64,000 nt of DNA from a virus. The notes under the pieces were generated by a model that was not told the DNA's origin, made no database searches, and saw nothing but the letters and a program-made list of their open reading frames with translations. How positions within the stretch are numbered: the first letter of the stretch is position 1; each line of letters starts with the position of its first letter. The stretch spans positions 29,685 to 93,684 of IMG/VR virus record IMGVR_UViG_3300048672_001165, one strand, 5' to 3'. This document shows, piece after piece, positions 50,131 through 60,055 of the stretch. Made by a program: the position numbers and the translations under genes.

Positions 50131-50198
50131 TCTTATTTAGCTTATTGATTTTTCTACTCATGAAAAAAGCACAAGTCGTTCAACACGAAATGCGAAAC

Positions 50199-53100
50199 AT
50201 GAACTTTACGCAGTATATGCTGAAATACGGCATCCGTACGGCGCAACAGATCATCGACCCCAAACTTCGAGATCAGAGTGTCTTTGCTCTGCCCCAGCAT
50301 AGTGTCTACCACCATCTGGACTATACGGGCATTTCATTAGGCCCCGCTGCTAGCCACTTTGTTTTTGCAGGCTATACCAAGAGCATCTACTTTGCTAACG
50401 TGACGGAACTCACCAGTCATGAAGGCATGCCTCGTAAGGCCATCACGAACACCAGCTCACTAGAGCGTGAAATCAAATCGAAGAACTTGAGACTTCGCAC
50501 TGCAGTAGACATCTCTGCGGTCGTCAGGGATGGCAATACCCTTCTCATGTTCAACTACAACTTGATTGCTCGCATCTATAGATATACCCGTAGTACCTTT
50601 GCCACCTACTACGCTTGGTACAACACATTTTCCACCATGGTTGATAAAATGGTGGAAGTGGCTAACATCACGGATAACCACCAGTTCATGTTAGCGTATG
50701 TGCCTTCTATGGTGCCGAGTAAGACGCAGTTTGACAAAGCGGCTTTGCGTTTTGATAACGCAGCACTGGCTGTGTTCAAAGAACCTAAAGCGTTCATGGC
50801 GCTTGACATGTGGAAGTGGTTGGGAGAAAACCGCCAATCCTCTATCCTGTCTAAGATCCCTGAGAAAAAACTCAAGCTCATCAACTTGGTGTTTGTAGAA
50901 AACGGCAAGTGGACCATTCTCAATTTGGGTTTCCTGAATTCTTTCCGTCGACCTGACGACCAAAAGAAATGGGAAAGTGAAGAGCTGGGTGAAAACGCAG
51001 GGCTTTCTCCTTCTGATGTGCAAAAACGTTTCCTCATGATGCTGATGGGCGTCATGTCTGCTCGCACTGTGATTGCAGTCGACGAGTCTGATGTGCAAGG
51101 CGCCCACATCGACAAGATTGCTCAAGATGAGCTGATGAAGTCTGGCGATGAGCATAACGCCGTACAGGATGTTATTGCTGAGCAGATTGATGAAGATGCG
51201 GATGAGCGTGTAGAAACGGAAGCTGAAAAAGCCATTCGCATTGAGCAAGAAAACAAACACATTGATTCTACTTTGAGTCAGCTTGAAGAAATTGGTGCTC
51301 GCCAAGAAGAAGGCGAGACTCAAGCACCTACTGTGTCAGAAGTCCTGCAAGCTAAAGCGGGAGACCATATGGACATGGTGCAAAGCAGGCTCGATACACT
51401 AGCCGATCAAAACATCTTGACGGCTGCTGAGTATAAACGCATGATGGCAATTGCTGCTAAAGTAAAAACAATTCCTGCGCCAGACGGCAGCGCTAGTTTG
51501 GATGACTACAGGAAAGTCAACCTGAATGATTTGGCAATCGACTATACCAAAGACCAGTACGTGGACAACGTAGCGGTGGTGGATAAGTCAATGCTGAAAA
51601 GCAGCATCCAAGACTTTGATGAAGTCTATCAGAAAAAAGCACTGGATAAGCACATTGCAGCCATGTGTGTTCAACTTAACCGAGGCGGCTATCTGGTCAC
51701 CGATTATAAGGTAGAAACCAACGCCAGTGCGCTTGGTGTCGAAAAGAACTACGCTTTGAGTATCCAACCTATCGAGGGTGCTCCCAGCACGATTCGTTTC
51801 AAATTGCCTGTACTTAATAAAGACGGCAGCTTTACCACCAATGGGACCAACTACCGACTGTCTAAACAGTTTGGTGATATCCCTATTCGCAAGATTTCAC
51901 CAGAAGAGGTCGCGCTTTCTAGCTACTACGGCAAGTGCTTTGTGCAGCGTGGTCGAAAGAACGCCTATAATGCCACTAACTGGTATCAAAACCAAATCAC
52001 GGCTCAAGCACTCGATGAGTCTGGTGCGTCCACCATCAAAACCATTATCCCTGGTAATGTCTTTGATAAAGATAAAGCCTATCCCAAAGACTACACTGCC
52101 ATTGCTCAAAACTTCAAGTCGATTGAGACTGCTGAGACTAACCACTACTTCAGCCTAGAAGAAGCTTCTAGCGTCTTTGGTAAAGAAGTGGTGAATACTT
52201 ATTACAAGAACGGCAGTTGTGTATTGGCGGTCACCAAAAAAGGCGTCATCTATATCGACAAAGAAAATGCAGTTTGCCTGGACGACAGTGACGGCACCCA
52301 TGTGTTAGGTCCTGTCTATGACTACTTCAAACTCGACGGTGCTCCGCCGATTGAGTTTGCTGAACTGAGCGTCTTTGGTCAGAGTATCCCGCTTGGGCTG
52401 ATCTTTGGTTATTACATAGGCTTGTCTGCTCTGATTAAGATGTTGGGTGCAGAAGTCCAGCGTTATCAAACTGGAACTCGTTTTCAGTTTGACGACAACA
52501 ACGACTTTAAGCTGACGTTTGAAGATGAGACTTTAGTCTTCAGTCGTTCTAACCGTTTAGCGGTATTGATCTTGGGCGGGTTTACAGAATACCACAAAGC
52601 CCTCAAGACGTACGGCTGTCACAACTTTGACCAGCGAGCGGTTTACGCCAACGTGCTGGAGAGTAAACAAATTGCTGTCAGATACTTGCGTGAACTCGAA
52701 CAAATGGATTCTTATTTCATTGATCCTATCACGCATGACATTTTAGAGTACATGAAAGAGCCCACCACTTGGCAAGGTCTTTTGGTCAGAGCGGCTCAGC
52801 TGCTGCTGGATGATAAGCATTACCATGAAATTGACATGCGCGGTATGCGCATCAAAGGTAATGAACGCATTGCTGGCGCAGTCTATACTGAACTCATGAG
52901 CAGTATTCGTGCTCACCATGGTCAGATGGGTAAGAGTAATAAGAAAGTGGAGATGAATCCGTATGCAGTTTGGAATTTGGTCACACAAGACCCTGCTAAA
53001 TTCCAACTCTCGGAAATCAATCCTGTTAAGAACCTTAAGGAAAGAGAAGCACTTACCTTTGCAGGTGAAGGTGGCCGTAGTAAAGACAGCTTAACAAGAG

Positions 53101-54431
53101 ATACTCGCTTTTTCCATCCCACTCATATGGGTATCGTCTCTGAAGCCACTAAGGACTCCAGTGACGTGGGTGTGAACGTCTTTCTCTCTCCGAATGCTAA
53201 GCTGACAAATGCGTATGGCATGGTCGAAATGTATGACCAAAAGAAAGACGGTATCGCCAGTGTTATTTCTACGGCTGTGCTACTATCGCCCGGCAGTGAT
53301 GGCGACGACCAAAAGCGAGTGGGTTTTGTCAGCATCCAGATGGAGCACACCATCGCTGCAGTGGGCTACCACCAGCCAACCATTCGTACTGGCTATGAGC
53401 ATGTGATTGGACAGCGTCAAGACGAACGCTACTGCCTAGTTGCTAGGCAGCCCGGCGTAGTGAAGTCTATGAATGAAACAGGCTTGATTGTTCTCTATGA
53501 TGGAGACAAAGAAGAAACCGGTATTCAGATTGGCAGGTACTACGGCACCGCTGCTGGTTTGGTGGTTCCTCACCAAGTGGTAGCTCACGTCAAAGTCGGG
53601 CAAAAGTTCAAGGTGGGTGACTGCCTGGTTTACAACACGGGTTTTTACGAGCCCGATATGTTGGAGCCAAGTAAAGTCATCTATAAGACGGCGATGGATG
53701 TGACGACGGTGCTCTGGGAGTCTACCCAGACGCTGGAAGATGCTTCTTCTATCAGCCCGCGTTTGGCTGAGCGCTCCACCACCACTATCACTAAGATGAA
53801 ATCTATTGTCGTGAACTTTACTGACGAGATCAGTAAGCTCATCGACGTAGGTGCAAAGACTGAATTTGATACGCCGCTGTGTTACATCAGCGACTCAGTT
53901 GTTGGCACGTCAGGCGCTTTCGACGAAGAGACCATGGACAGCTTAGCCATGCTCAAGTCCCAAACACCTCGTGCAGGTGTGAAAGGTCAAGTCGAACGCA
54001 TCGAAGTGTACTACCACGGTGACATAGAAGACATGTCGGAGTCTCTACAGAAGATCACGATCAAGTCTGATAAGGAAATGAAGCAGCGTGCTCAAGGCTC
54101 TAAAAAGCCTGTCTATACCGGACAAGTCGATGCAGGTTTCCGCAACGACGGCACACCTCTTGGTTACAATGAAGTCACCATCCGAATCTACATCACCAGC
54201 CATGTCAATTCAGGCTTAGGTGATAAAGGTGCGTTTTGTAACCAGCTTAAAACGATTGTGTCTGAAGTCATGCCAGGTGACTATAAGACAGAAAGCGGAG
54301 AACTCATTGATGCCATCTTTGGTTATAAATCCATCGATGCTCGTATCGTGACATCTTCTAACCGCATCGGTTTGGCCAGTACAATTTTGAGACACATTTC
54401 TCAAGATGCAGCTGACGCTTACTTTAAATAA
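50199..54431 (+). CDS. rpoB: Virion RNA polymerase beta subunit, N-terminal/main part (phiKZ gp178-like)
   Basis: DIPIRKI, LSSYYGK, GEGGRS, HPTHMGIVSEAT.DS.DVG, DGDDQKRVGF, EDAS.IS and GDKGAFCNQLK motifs; start uncertain (50160-50199). Confidence 0.92.
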   Translation: MNFTQYMLKYGIRTAQQIIDPKLRDQSVFALPQHSVYHHLDYTGISLGPAASHFVFAGYTKSIYFANVTELTSHEGMPRKAITNTSSLEREIKSKNLRLRTAVDISAVVRDGNTLLMFNYNLIARIYRYTRSTFATYYAWYNTFSTMVDKMVEVANITDNHQFMLAYVPSMVPSKTQFDKAALRFDNAALAVFKEPKAFMALDMWKWLGENRQSSILSKIPEKKLKLINLVFVENGKWTILNLGFLNSFRRPDDQKKWESEELGENAGLSPSDVQKRFLMMLMGVMSARTVIAVDESDVQGAHIDKIAQDELMKSGDEHNAVQDVIAEQIDEDADERVETEAEKAIRIEQENKHIDSTLSQLEEIGARQEEGETQAPTVSEVLQAKAGDHMDMVQSRLDTLADQNILTAAEYKRMMAIAAKVKTIPAPDGSASLDDYRKVNLNDLAIDYTKDQYVDNVAVVDKSMLKSSIQDFDEVYQKKALDKHIAAMCVQLNRGGYLVTDYKVETNASALGVEKNYALSIQPIEGAPSTIRFKLPVLNKDGSFTTNGTNYRLSKQFGDIPIRKISPEEVALSSYYGKCFVQRGRKNAYNATNWYQNQITAQALDESGASTIKTIIPGNVFDKDKAYPKDYTAIAQNFKSIETAETNHYFSLEEASSVFGKEVVNTYYKNGSCVLAVTKKGVIYIDKENAVCLDDSDGTHVLGPVYDYFKLDGAPPIEFAELSVFGQSIPLGLIFGYYIGLSALIKMLGAEVQRYQTGTRFQFDDNNDFKLTFEDETLVFSRSNRLAVLILGGFTEYHKALKTYGCHNFDQRAVYANVLESKQIAVRYLRELEQMDSYFIDPITHDILEYMKEPTTWQGLLVRAAQLLLDDKHYHEIDMRGMRIKGNERIAGAVYTELMSSIRAHHGQMGKSNKKVEMNPYAVWNLVTQDPAKFQLSEINPVKNLKEREALTFAGEGGRSKDSLTRDTRFFHPTHMGIVSEATKDSSDVGVNVFLSPNAKLTNAYGMVEMYDQKKDGIASVISTAVLLSPGSDGDDQKRVGFVSIQMEHTIAAVGYHQPTIRTGYEHVIGQRQDERYCLVARQPGVVKSMNETGLIVLYDGDKEETGIQIGRYYGTAAGLVVPHQVVAHVKVGQKFKVGDCLVYNTGFYEPDMLEPSKVIYKTAMDVTTVLWESTQTLEDASSISPRLAERSTTTITKMKSIVVNFTDEISKLIDVGAKTEFDTPLCYISDSVVGTSGAFDEETMDSLAMLKSQTPRAGVKGQVERIEVYYHGDIEDMSESLQKITIKSDKEMKQRAQGSKKPVYTGQVDAGFRNDGTPLGYNEVTIRIYITSHVNSGLGDKGAFCNQLKTIVSEVMPGDYKTESGELIDAIFGYKSIDARIVTSSNRIGLASTILRHISQDAADAYFK

Positions 54432-54527
54432 CGCCATTCATCGTTTGACCTTTTTGTGAGGGGTAGGGGCAGTCAACTACCCCTACTTTCTTTTTTCTAC
54501 TTTGCTTTTTGAAGGACATTTGCAACC

Positions 54528-54737
54528 ATGCAACGACGCTCTGAACACACCATCATGACGCTGGCCAATGTGATCGCACTGGCTGCGGACATCGCAGACG
54601 AAAGCTCCAGCCCGGAGTTCCCGGACATCCTGGGCGGCTCGGTCATGGCGCGCGCCACCACCGACATGCTGGTGGCTTCGCAGATCAACCAGCGCATCAT
54701 CCGTCAACAGTACCATCTCGCTACCAGGTCGGCGTAA
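54528..54737 (+). CDS. Small hypothetical protein
   Basis: 69 aa; AAGGA RBS and GC-rich codons. Confidence 0.5.
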   Translation: MQRRSEHTIMTLANVIALAADIADESSSPEFPDILGGSVMARATTDMLVASQINQRIIRQQYHLATRSA

Positions 54738-54791
54738 GCGTTTTTACCCCCCCCCCTTTTTTTTTATTTTCTTTTAGAAAGACACCTCACT

Positions 54792-56234
54792 ATGCTGCGC
54801 ATTTCTGCTATCAACGAAGCCATTCAAATCGCTAAGGTCATGGAAAGTAAAGGTCTGCGCATGCTGCCTGCTTCCCAAACTCCTCTGGCGACTCTGGTGG
54901 AGAAGTCGTTCTGTACGACTCAAGACTCCGTCATGAACTCCGGTACCAACGGCGAGTATGAACCGGACGCTCGGTTCATTTCGTCTCGTGCTGAAGGCTT
55001 TGGCCAAAGTACCCGTGGCGACCTCGACGGGCATACCCGTGAGCTGATGAACCTGAAGGACAACATTGCTAAGGTGGTGACTGACCACATGCGCTACGCG
55101 CGTTCGGTGGCGTCCCCTGTGATTGTGGAATGCATCAACGCTTTCACCAATCAACTGGCTGGTTACCACATCGATCCGTCCAAGGACGTGAAGATCACGA
55201 TGTATGACCTGCCGAGCATCCTGTACGACGCTTCGATGCTTCAAGAAGTCAAGAAGTATGCAGGCGCGCCTGCTCGCAAAGTGAATGACCTGGCACTACC
55301 AATTGACATCAATGAAGAAGAGCTGGTTCAAAAGCTCAGTGGTGACAAGGAAGTCGCCACGTGGCTGGCTCTATTGGGAGACGGCTTCTTGCCGTCTGTG
55401 TGGTCGAAGTGGTTTACCAACATCACCAACGACTCCTTGAGCTACATCAGAGACGAATCCGATCTGGATATGGTCTGTGCTATGTTTTTGCTGGCACAAG
55501 TTTATATGGATTCGCCAATGAAGGGCGTGAACTCTTCTCTGGCCAACTACAGTACCACGTTGGCGGCTGTGCGTGATACAGCTGCTAACGTGCTGTCATT
55601 TGTGTCTGATCAGATGCAGTCCTATAAGGACACTGGCATGATCATCAAGAACCACTTTGATACGGAAATCGTGGTGGTCAAGCCCGTCTTTGACGAGTGG
55701 ACTTACAGCAACCCGCGAGGTCTGATCATTGCAGCGTGTTCTCTGAAGAACCCGCCCCGCTATGTGAAGCAACTGACTGAACAAGCTGACCAGCTGATCA
55801 AGAAGTGGGAGCTGCACGTGGCGTCGATCAACCGCATCCAAGACAATACCCGGTTCATGGTGTCTCGTGATATCCTGGAGTCGGTGGTTCAAGGGGTGGT
55901 GGCAGCTAATGCCAAGAAGATCTATGGCCCACTTGTGAACAACCCGGAAACGTTTGACCTGGCCACGACGCCGGAGTTCATCCAGTTCAAGAAGCGTCTG
56001 GGAGTGATCCTCACCAAGCTGGAGTACAACGACTTCAAGAACGTCAGTAAGCTCATGACGCTGGTGGTGGGCAAGTGCGTCTTCTACTTCAGCAGTGCTT
56101 ATGAGATCCTCTCAGGTATTGATGAAGCAATGGAACAAAATCCGAAGCTTTCTTTGAACGAAGCAGCTTACCTGGCGCGTGTGAAGTACATCGCCAACTG
56201 GTGCTTCGATCAGACGCTGGTCACGGCGCTGTAA
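54792..56234 (+). CDS. Conserved protein (phiKZ gp177-like)
   Basis: 480 aa; synteny between the gp178-like and gp176/gp175-like genes. Confidence 0.65.
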   Translation: MLRISAINEAIQIAKVMESKGLRMLPASQTPLATLVEKSFCTTQDSVMNSGTNGEYEPDARFISSRAEGFGQSTRGDLDGHTRELMNLKDNIAKVVTDHMRYARSVASPVIVECINAFTNQLAGYHIDPSKDVKITMYDLPSILYDASMLQEVKKYAGAPARKVNDLALPIDINEEELVQKLSGDKEVATWLALLGDGFLPSVWSKWFTNITNDSLSYIRDESDLDMVCAMFLLAQVYMDSPMKGVNSSLANYSTTLAAVRDTAANVLSFVSDQMQSYKDTGMIIKNHFDTEIVVVKPVFDEWTYSNPRGLIIAACSLKNPPRYVKQLTEQADQLIKKWELHVASINRIQDNTRFMVSRDILESVVQGVVAANAKKIYGPLVNNPETFDLATTPEFIQFKKRLGVILTKLEYNDFKNVSKLMTLVVGKCVFYFSSAYEILSGIDEAMEQNPKLSLNEAAYLARVKYIANWCFDQTLVTAL

Positions 56235-56256
56235 CAACAACTAAAAGGATCTCTTC

Positions 56257-56997
56257 ATGCAAGAAACATTTGATTTCACTAAACTGCAACGAGATCCTGC
56301 CTTCATCAAGTCAACCATGGTAGCAATGGATAATAAAACCATTGTCACCAAGACAGGTTGCAAGATCATCTTCCCGGTGAGCTTTGTCGAACGAGGCTTG
56401 GCAGTAGTTGGCGTCAACAACGTCGTCACAGGCTTCTTTTGTACGATGGTAGGAGAGAAGTTTGCTCTGAGCATGATCAATGCTCAGATGGTTCTCACAC
56501 CTACCGTGATGAGGAAGATCAAGATTGAAGGCGTGGAATACTACGAGTTTGAGTTTGCAAAAGGCGCTGTTGTGATTGCAAACACCATGCTCGTGAAAAA
56601 TGACTTGCTGGTGTACAAGATCTACTTGCAACACGTGGCCAAGGGTAAGGTGCCGCCTTACATGACGTACGAAGATATGGCAGGCGTCTTTGACACCACC
56701 AACAAGTACGCAGGCGCTAACATCGGTCAGCAGCGTGAAGTCACAGAACTTATTCTGTCTTTGATTGCGCGAGACGCCAAGCAAAAGAACATCTACTACA
56801 GCCAAACTGGCCGCCCTGGCGGTATTGGTAGTGTAGCACCTAAGCCGTATTACATTAGTCTACGAGACGTGCAGTACGGGGCCGCTACGACCATGGATAA
56901 GCTCACAGGCGCTTACGCAGGCAGCCAAGGTATCGTGGCAGCTCTGAACAACCCTAGCGAGCGTACAGAGCGTGTAGAGGGCTTCTTGAGGGCTTAA
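56257..56997 (+). CDS. Conserved protein (phiKZ gp176-like)
   Basis: 246 aa; GKVPPYMTYED motif and C-terminal ERVEGFLR; convergent with the protease gene. Confidence 0.65.
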   Translation: MQETFDFTKLQRDPAFIKSTMVAMDNKTIVTKTGCKIIFPVSFVERGLAVVGVNNVVTGFFCTMVGEKFALSMINAQMVLTPTVMRKIKIEGVEYYEFEFAKGAVVIANTMLVKNDLLVYKIYLQHVAKGKVPPYMTYEDMAGVFDTTNKYAGANIGQQREVTELILSLIARDAKQKNIYYSQTGRPGGIGSVAPKPYYISLRDVQYGAATTMDKLTGAYAGSQGIVAALNNPSERTERVEGFLRA

Positions 56998-57004
56998 GTA
57001 ATAG

Positions 57005-57046
57005 GCGGCATAAAAGGCGGGCCCAGTAGCCCGCTCATTATGCCGT
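57005..57046. repeat. REP-like bidirectional terminator element, copy 4
   Basis: GCGGCATAAAAGGCGGGCCCAGTAGCCCGCTCATTATGCCGT; the inner stem has a compensatory change relative to copy 1. Confidence 0.8.
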
Positions 57047-57060
57047 AGTGCTGTATCAGC

Positions 57061-57825
57061 TTACCACTTTGACCAACTCGGCAAGTCCGTACCGTCGACG
57101 TTGAAGCCCAGCTGTTGGAAGACTTCCAGACCAAAGGAGCGGTCCGCTTCAGTTGCAGTAACAATCTTCTTTTCTTGAGGAAGGATCAGCGGCAAGAACA
57201 TCTCGCGCTTGACTTCTTTTTCCATGAAGGATTCAAGAGAGGGTGAGTTGTACTTGGTGGCAGTAGCAATGCCAGGTGAGCCCACCTTGTCAAACGTGAC
57301 GACGCTGGTAAGCGTGCGCATGTTGATACCACCACGACGTTTATCGTCGGTGAATGCGCGAATAGAGAAACAGGTATTGACTCTCGGGTTAACGATGGCT
57401 TGTTCAAGAACATGCTTGACTTTACCTTCGGGCCTGACCTTACCCATGATCGTGATCACGGTTTGACCAGACGCGTCCTTGACATTGTCCATGTCCAGCC
57501 AGATCTCTGCGATGTGGTGACAGATGTTGTCTTCTTGGACTTTCAGATAGCGATAGAGATACTCATCTTCCGTCATCCCCTTTGTCCACTCAGGGTGACC
57601 GTTTTCACCATAGAGTTGACCAGAGTTGACTTTACGCATAAAGGAAGACGAACTCTCGAAGAGGTTTCGCGCACCCTCATAGGTGTAGTATTCACCTGCA
57701 GAGTTGAAGACGTTGAGCCCACCTAGTGGGTGGGTGTAGTAACCATCCTCATCAGCAACAAGCACCCCTTTTTTGTTGAGGGGCATTGTCGTGCATGTAA
57801 AACGAACTTGAGATTGACCTGCCAT
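57061..57825 (-). CDS. Prohead maturation protease (phiKZ gp175-like)
   Basis: LYGENGHP (catalytic His) and FSIRAFT (catalytic Ser), VTFD.V..PGI; C-terminal SLE/ATE possible self-cleavage sites; start at ATG 57825. Confidence 0.88.
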   Translation of the reverse strand: MAGQSQVRFTCTTMPLNKKGVLVADEDGYYTHPLGGLNVFNSAGEYYTYEGARNLFESSSSFMRKVNSGQLYGENGHPEWTKGMTEDEYLYRYLKVQEDNICHHIAEIWLDMDNVKDASGQTVITIMGKVRPEGKVKHVLEQAIVNPRVNTCFSIRAFTDDKRRGGINMRTLTSVVTFDKVGSPGIATATKYNSPSLESFMEKEVKREMFLPLILPQEKKIVTATEADRSFGLEVFQQLGFNVDGTDLPSWSKW

Positions 57826-57929
57826 AAAAGACCTCTTGATGAATGTGCGAATGAACAAAGAAAAAATAACGGTCAATCAATGGTCAATAAATAAAACAAA
57901 AACTCATAAAGAGAAAGGACTAAAAAGTG

Positions 57930-58055
57930 ATGAACATAAAACGTTGTAAGCCTTTGTTTATTATTGGGGCTATTGTGATCGCCCTCTATTTGATTTTTAT
58001 TGAGTTGTTTGCAGATTGGTTTCCAAACCCGTCAGAAAAACCAGATTCCAAATAA
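57930..58055 (+). CDS. Small single-TM protein (41 aa)
   Basis: MNIKRCKPLFIIGAIVIALYLIFIELFADWFPNPSEKPDSK; AAGGA RBS; below the ORF-track cutoff. Confidence 0.45.
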   Translation: MNIKRCKPLFIIGAIVIALYLIFIELFADWFPNPSEKPDSK

Positions 58056-58081
58056 AATACAGACTATATTACTAACTTGAT
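58037..58081 (+). promoter_or_regulatory. Putative early promoter
   Basis: AAAACCAGATTCCA-N12-ACTATATTAC-TAACT-TG; contains the exact phiKZ early core TATATTAC; followed by a leader hairpin. Confidence 0.75.
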
Positions 58082-58201
58082 CCATGGGCCTGAATCATTT
58101 ACTTTTCAAAAGTAATAAGGCTTTGTGATCAAGTGCTAGCAGCGTCTACACTGAACAGCACTGAGCGTTTTTCAACCCCCATCCCAAAAGGAACACGAGT
58201 C

Positions 58202-58642
58202 ATGAGCAAGCATGAGCAATACGAAGCGATCAAGGTCGCCCTGGGTGCACAAGTCGAAGTCGTTGACGGTGGCGTGACCATCGCTGACGACCAGTACTAC
58301 GTGGTCGCCGAATCCGTCGCCAGCCTGAGCAAGGAAGTCATCAACCAGGTCAACGGCTACAACGGCGACTACCAGGCCGCCGCTGCTGTCGTCATGGGCG
58401 AGCAAGCCCTGAAGATGCTGGCCGGCGACGACAGCCTGTCCGAAGTGGTCGGCAACGCTGACGCCGGCGGCACCATGGTGACCAGCCTGACGCAGCGCGA
58501 GCGCACCTTCACCAACCCGCGCACCGGCGAGGCCCAGACCACCAGCGGCCACACCACCATCAAGGTCCGCACCGCCACGCCGGGCCTGCGCCTGGCCAAG
58601 CACGACCTGGAAGAGCTGCGAAAGACGCACTTCCCCAGCTGA
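58202..58642 (+). CDS. Early protein of unknown function, probably highly expressed
   Basis: AAGGA RBS, ATG 58202; extreme C/G-ending codon bias; followed by a hairpin and TTTTATGCC. Confidence 0.75.
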   Translation: MSKHEQYEAIKVALGAQVEVVDGGVTIADDQYYVVAESVASLSKEVINQVNGYNGDYQAAAAVVMGEQALKMLAGDDSLSEVVGNADAGGTMVTSLTQRERTFTNPRTGEAQTTSGHTTIKVRTATPGLRLAKHDLEELRKTHFPS

Positions 58643-58725
58643 AGAAAACCTGTACCTCTTGTAAAAGAGCGTGGGGATGACCCACGCTCTTTTATGCCTA
58701 CTTCTTTTTTACGAGGAATTGACCC

Positions 58726-59271
58726 ATGAGCTTTGAAATAGTTACCCGTCGAGACATTGTGCTTGAGTTTAACCATGAAGAACTTTGTAAGCACGCCGTT
58801 GAAATAGTCAGTAAACGACCTGACAGTTTTTGCGAGCTTCACCATGACACGTTTCAATGCATACACTTTGTACCTGTTCCCAATCGTGATGGCGTACTGT
58901 GGGTTGAGAAATATGCAGATGGTTATACCACTCATGGTGAACACATCACTAATGTTTCTTATTTCATTTCGTTGAACTCTAACAATCTATTACATCAGAA
59001 ATTCTCAAAGACGTACAACTATTTTGTAGGTATACATGATGGTCGTGCTGTGTTTTGCAGCTCGCGTTATGGCGCATATGGCGTCTCGGCGTCCAACTAT
59101 TCTTGGATTGTCTTGCCTGTGCATAAAACAAAGCAACTTGTTGAACAAAAGAAGCTAAAGCCCAAATCTCTTAATAAGAAAGGTATGTTGGAAATCACTT
59201 TGGCTAAAGGAATATTTACCCGTACTGTTGAAAGTCAAACCCATGAAACAACGACAAATAAGGCGGCATAA
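58726..59271 (+). CDS. Hypothetical protein
   Basis: GAGGA RBS, 181 aa; ends in GCGGCATAA. Confidence 0.65.
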   Translation: MSFEIVTRRDIVLEFNHEELCKHAVEIVSKRPDSFCELHHDTFQCIHFVPVPNRDGVLWVEKYADGYTTHGEHITNVSYFISLNSNNLLHQKFSKTYNYFVGIHDGRAVFCSSRYGAYGVSASNYSWIVLPVHKTKQLVEQKKLKPKSLNKKGMLEITLAKGIFTRTVESQTHETTTNKAA

Positions 59272-59551
59272 AGCGCGTGCTATCAAGCACGCTGATGCAG
59301 ACATACAAATCTTTCGTCGGCTAAAGAAAAAGTTTTCTGTCGCCATCAGGTTTCTCAATTACATTAAAAAGACTGGTGCGGATCTGGAGAAGATGACCTC
59401 GTGGTGTAAACCCCCCCCTGAACAATATTCTTTCCAGTGGATAAAGGAAAGATCAACTGAGCTTTTTGGTCCTAACCAAATCACGTATTACGCCACACCT
59501 TTTAACACGAGTGATAATGAAACTGCGTCAAATCCGAAACAAAACAAGTAA
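59243..59551 (+). CDS. Hypothetical basic protein
   Basis: ATG 59243, MKQRQIRRHK. Confidence 0.55.
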   Translation: MKQRQIRRHKARAIKHADADIQIFRRLKKKFSVAIRFLNYIKKTGADLEKMTSWCKPPPEQYSFQWIKERSTELFGPNQITYYATPFNTSDNETASNPKQNK

Positions 59552-60023
59552 GCATTTTCGCTTACATCCCGTCAAGAACGCCGGTGTGATTCAAGACCTC
59601 TTTATTGAGGTCGAAGACATCTTTCCTGATGAGTACGCTGATGAGGGAAGTGTCTATCTTTGTTTCACATCTGATCTGCATTACAAGAAAAACAAGAAGA
59701 TCAAACGTAAAGCGTGCTGGTACTACGTGCCGTCATACTGCTGGCCTAAAGGGTGGCCGGGTCAAGACCCAGACTACCCTGACCATACAGAAAGCTTGGT
59801 TGATCAGATCGATATTGGTCGCGGAGTTTCTTTTGCGGCTAATGACCCTGAAGCGCCTATTACGGTGGTGTTCTACGAAAAGCACTGCAAACTGGAAAGC
59901 TTTGTACGTGAACAGTTTTTGCAGAAAATTCAGATGGTAAATCATTGTACTGTGGTCTATCAAGATCGCAGAGGCAAAATGCGTGAAGAGCTTGCGCCCC
60001 TCATCTGGAACTTTGTGTCCTAA
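59517..60023 (+). CDS. Hypothetical protein
   Basis: ATG 59517, MKLRQIRNK. Confidence 0.6.
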   Translation: MKLRQIRNKTSKHFRLHPVKNAGVIQDLFIEVEDIFPDEYADEGSVYLCFTSDLHYKKNKKIKRKACWYYVPSYCWPKGWPGQDPDYPDHTESLVDQIDIGRGVSFAANDPEAPITVVFYEKHCKLESFVREQFLQKIQMVNHCTVVYQDRRGKMREELAPLIWNFVS

Positions 60024-60055
60024 TCTTCTCTACTCTTTCTTCAAGGAATTCCCCC

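Noticed and set aside
48445-54431. Introns or inteins in the vRNAP genes; EADFDGD instead of NADFDGD
   Set aside because: The ORFs are uninterrupted and of expected size; the DFDGD core is intact and the preceding residues vary among phage RNAPs.
54741-54775. Adjacent poly-C and poly-T tracts as a phase-variation site
   Set aside because: Intergenic, with no evidence of function; homopolymer length may be a sequencing artefact.
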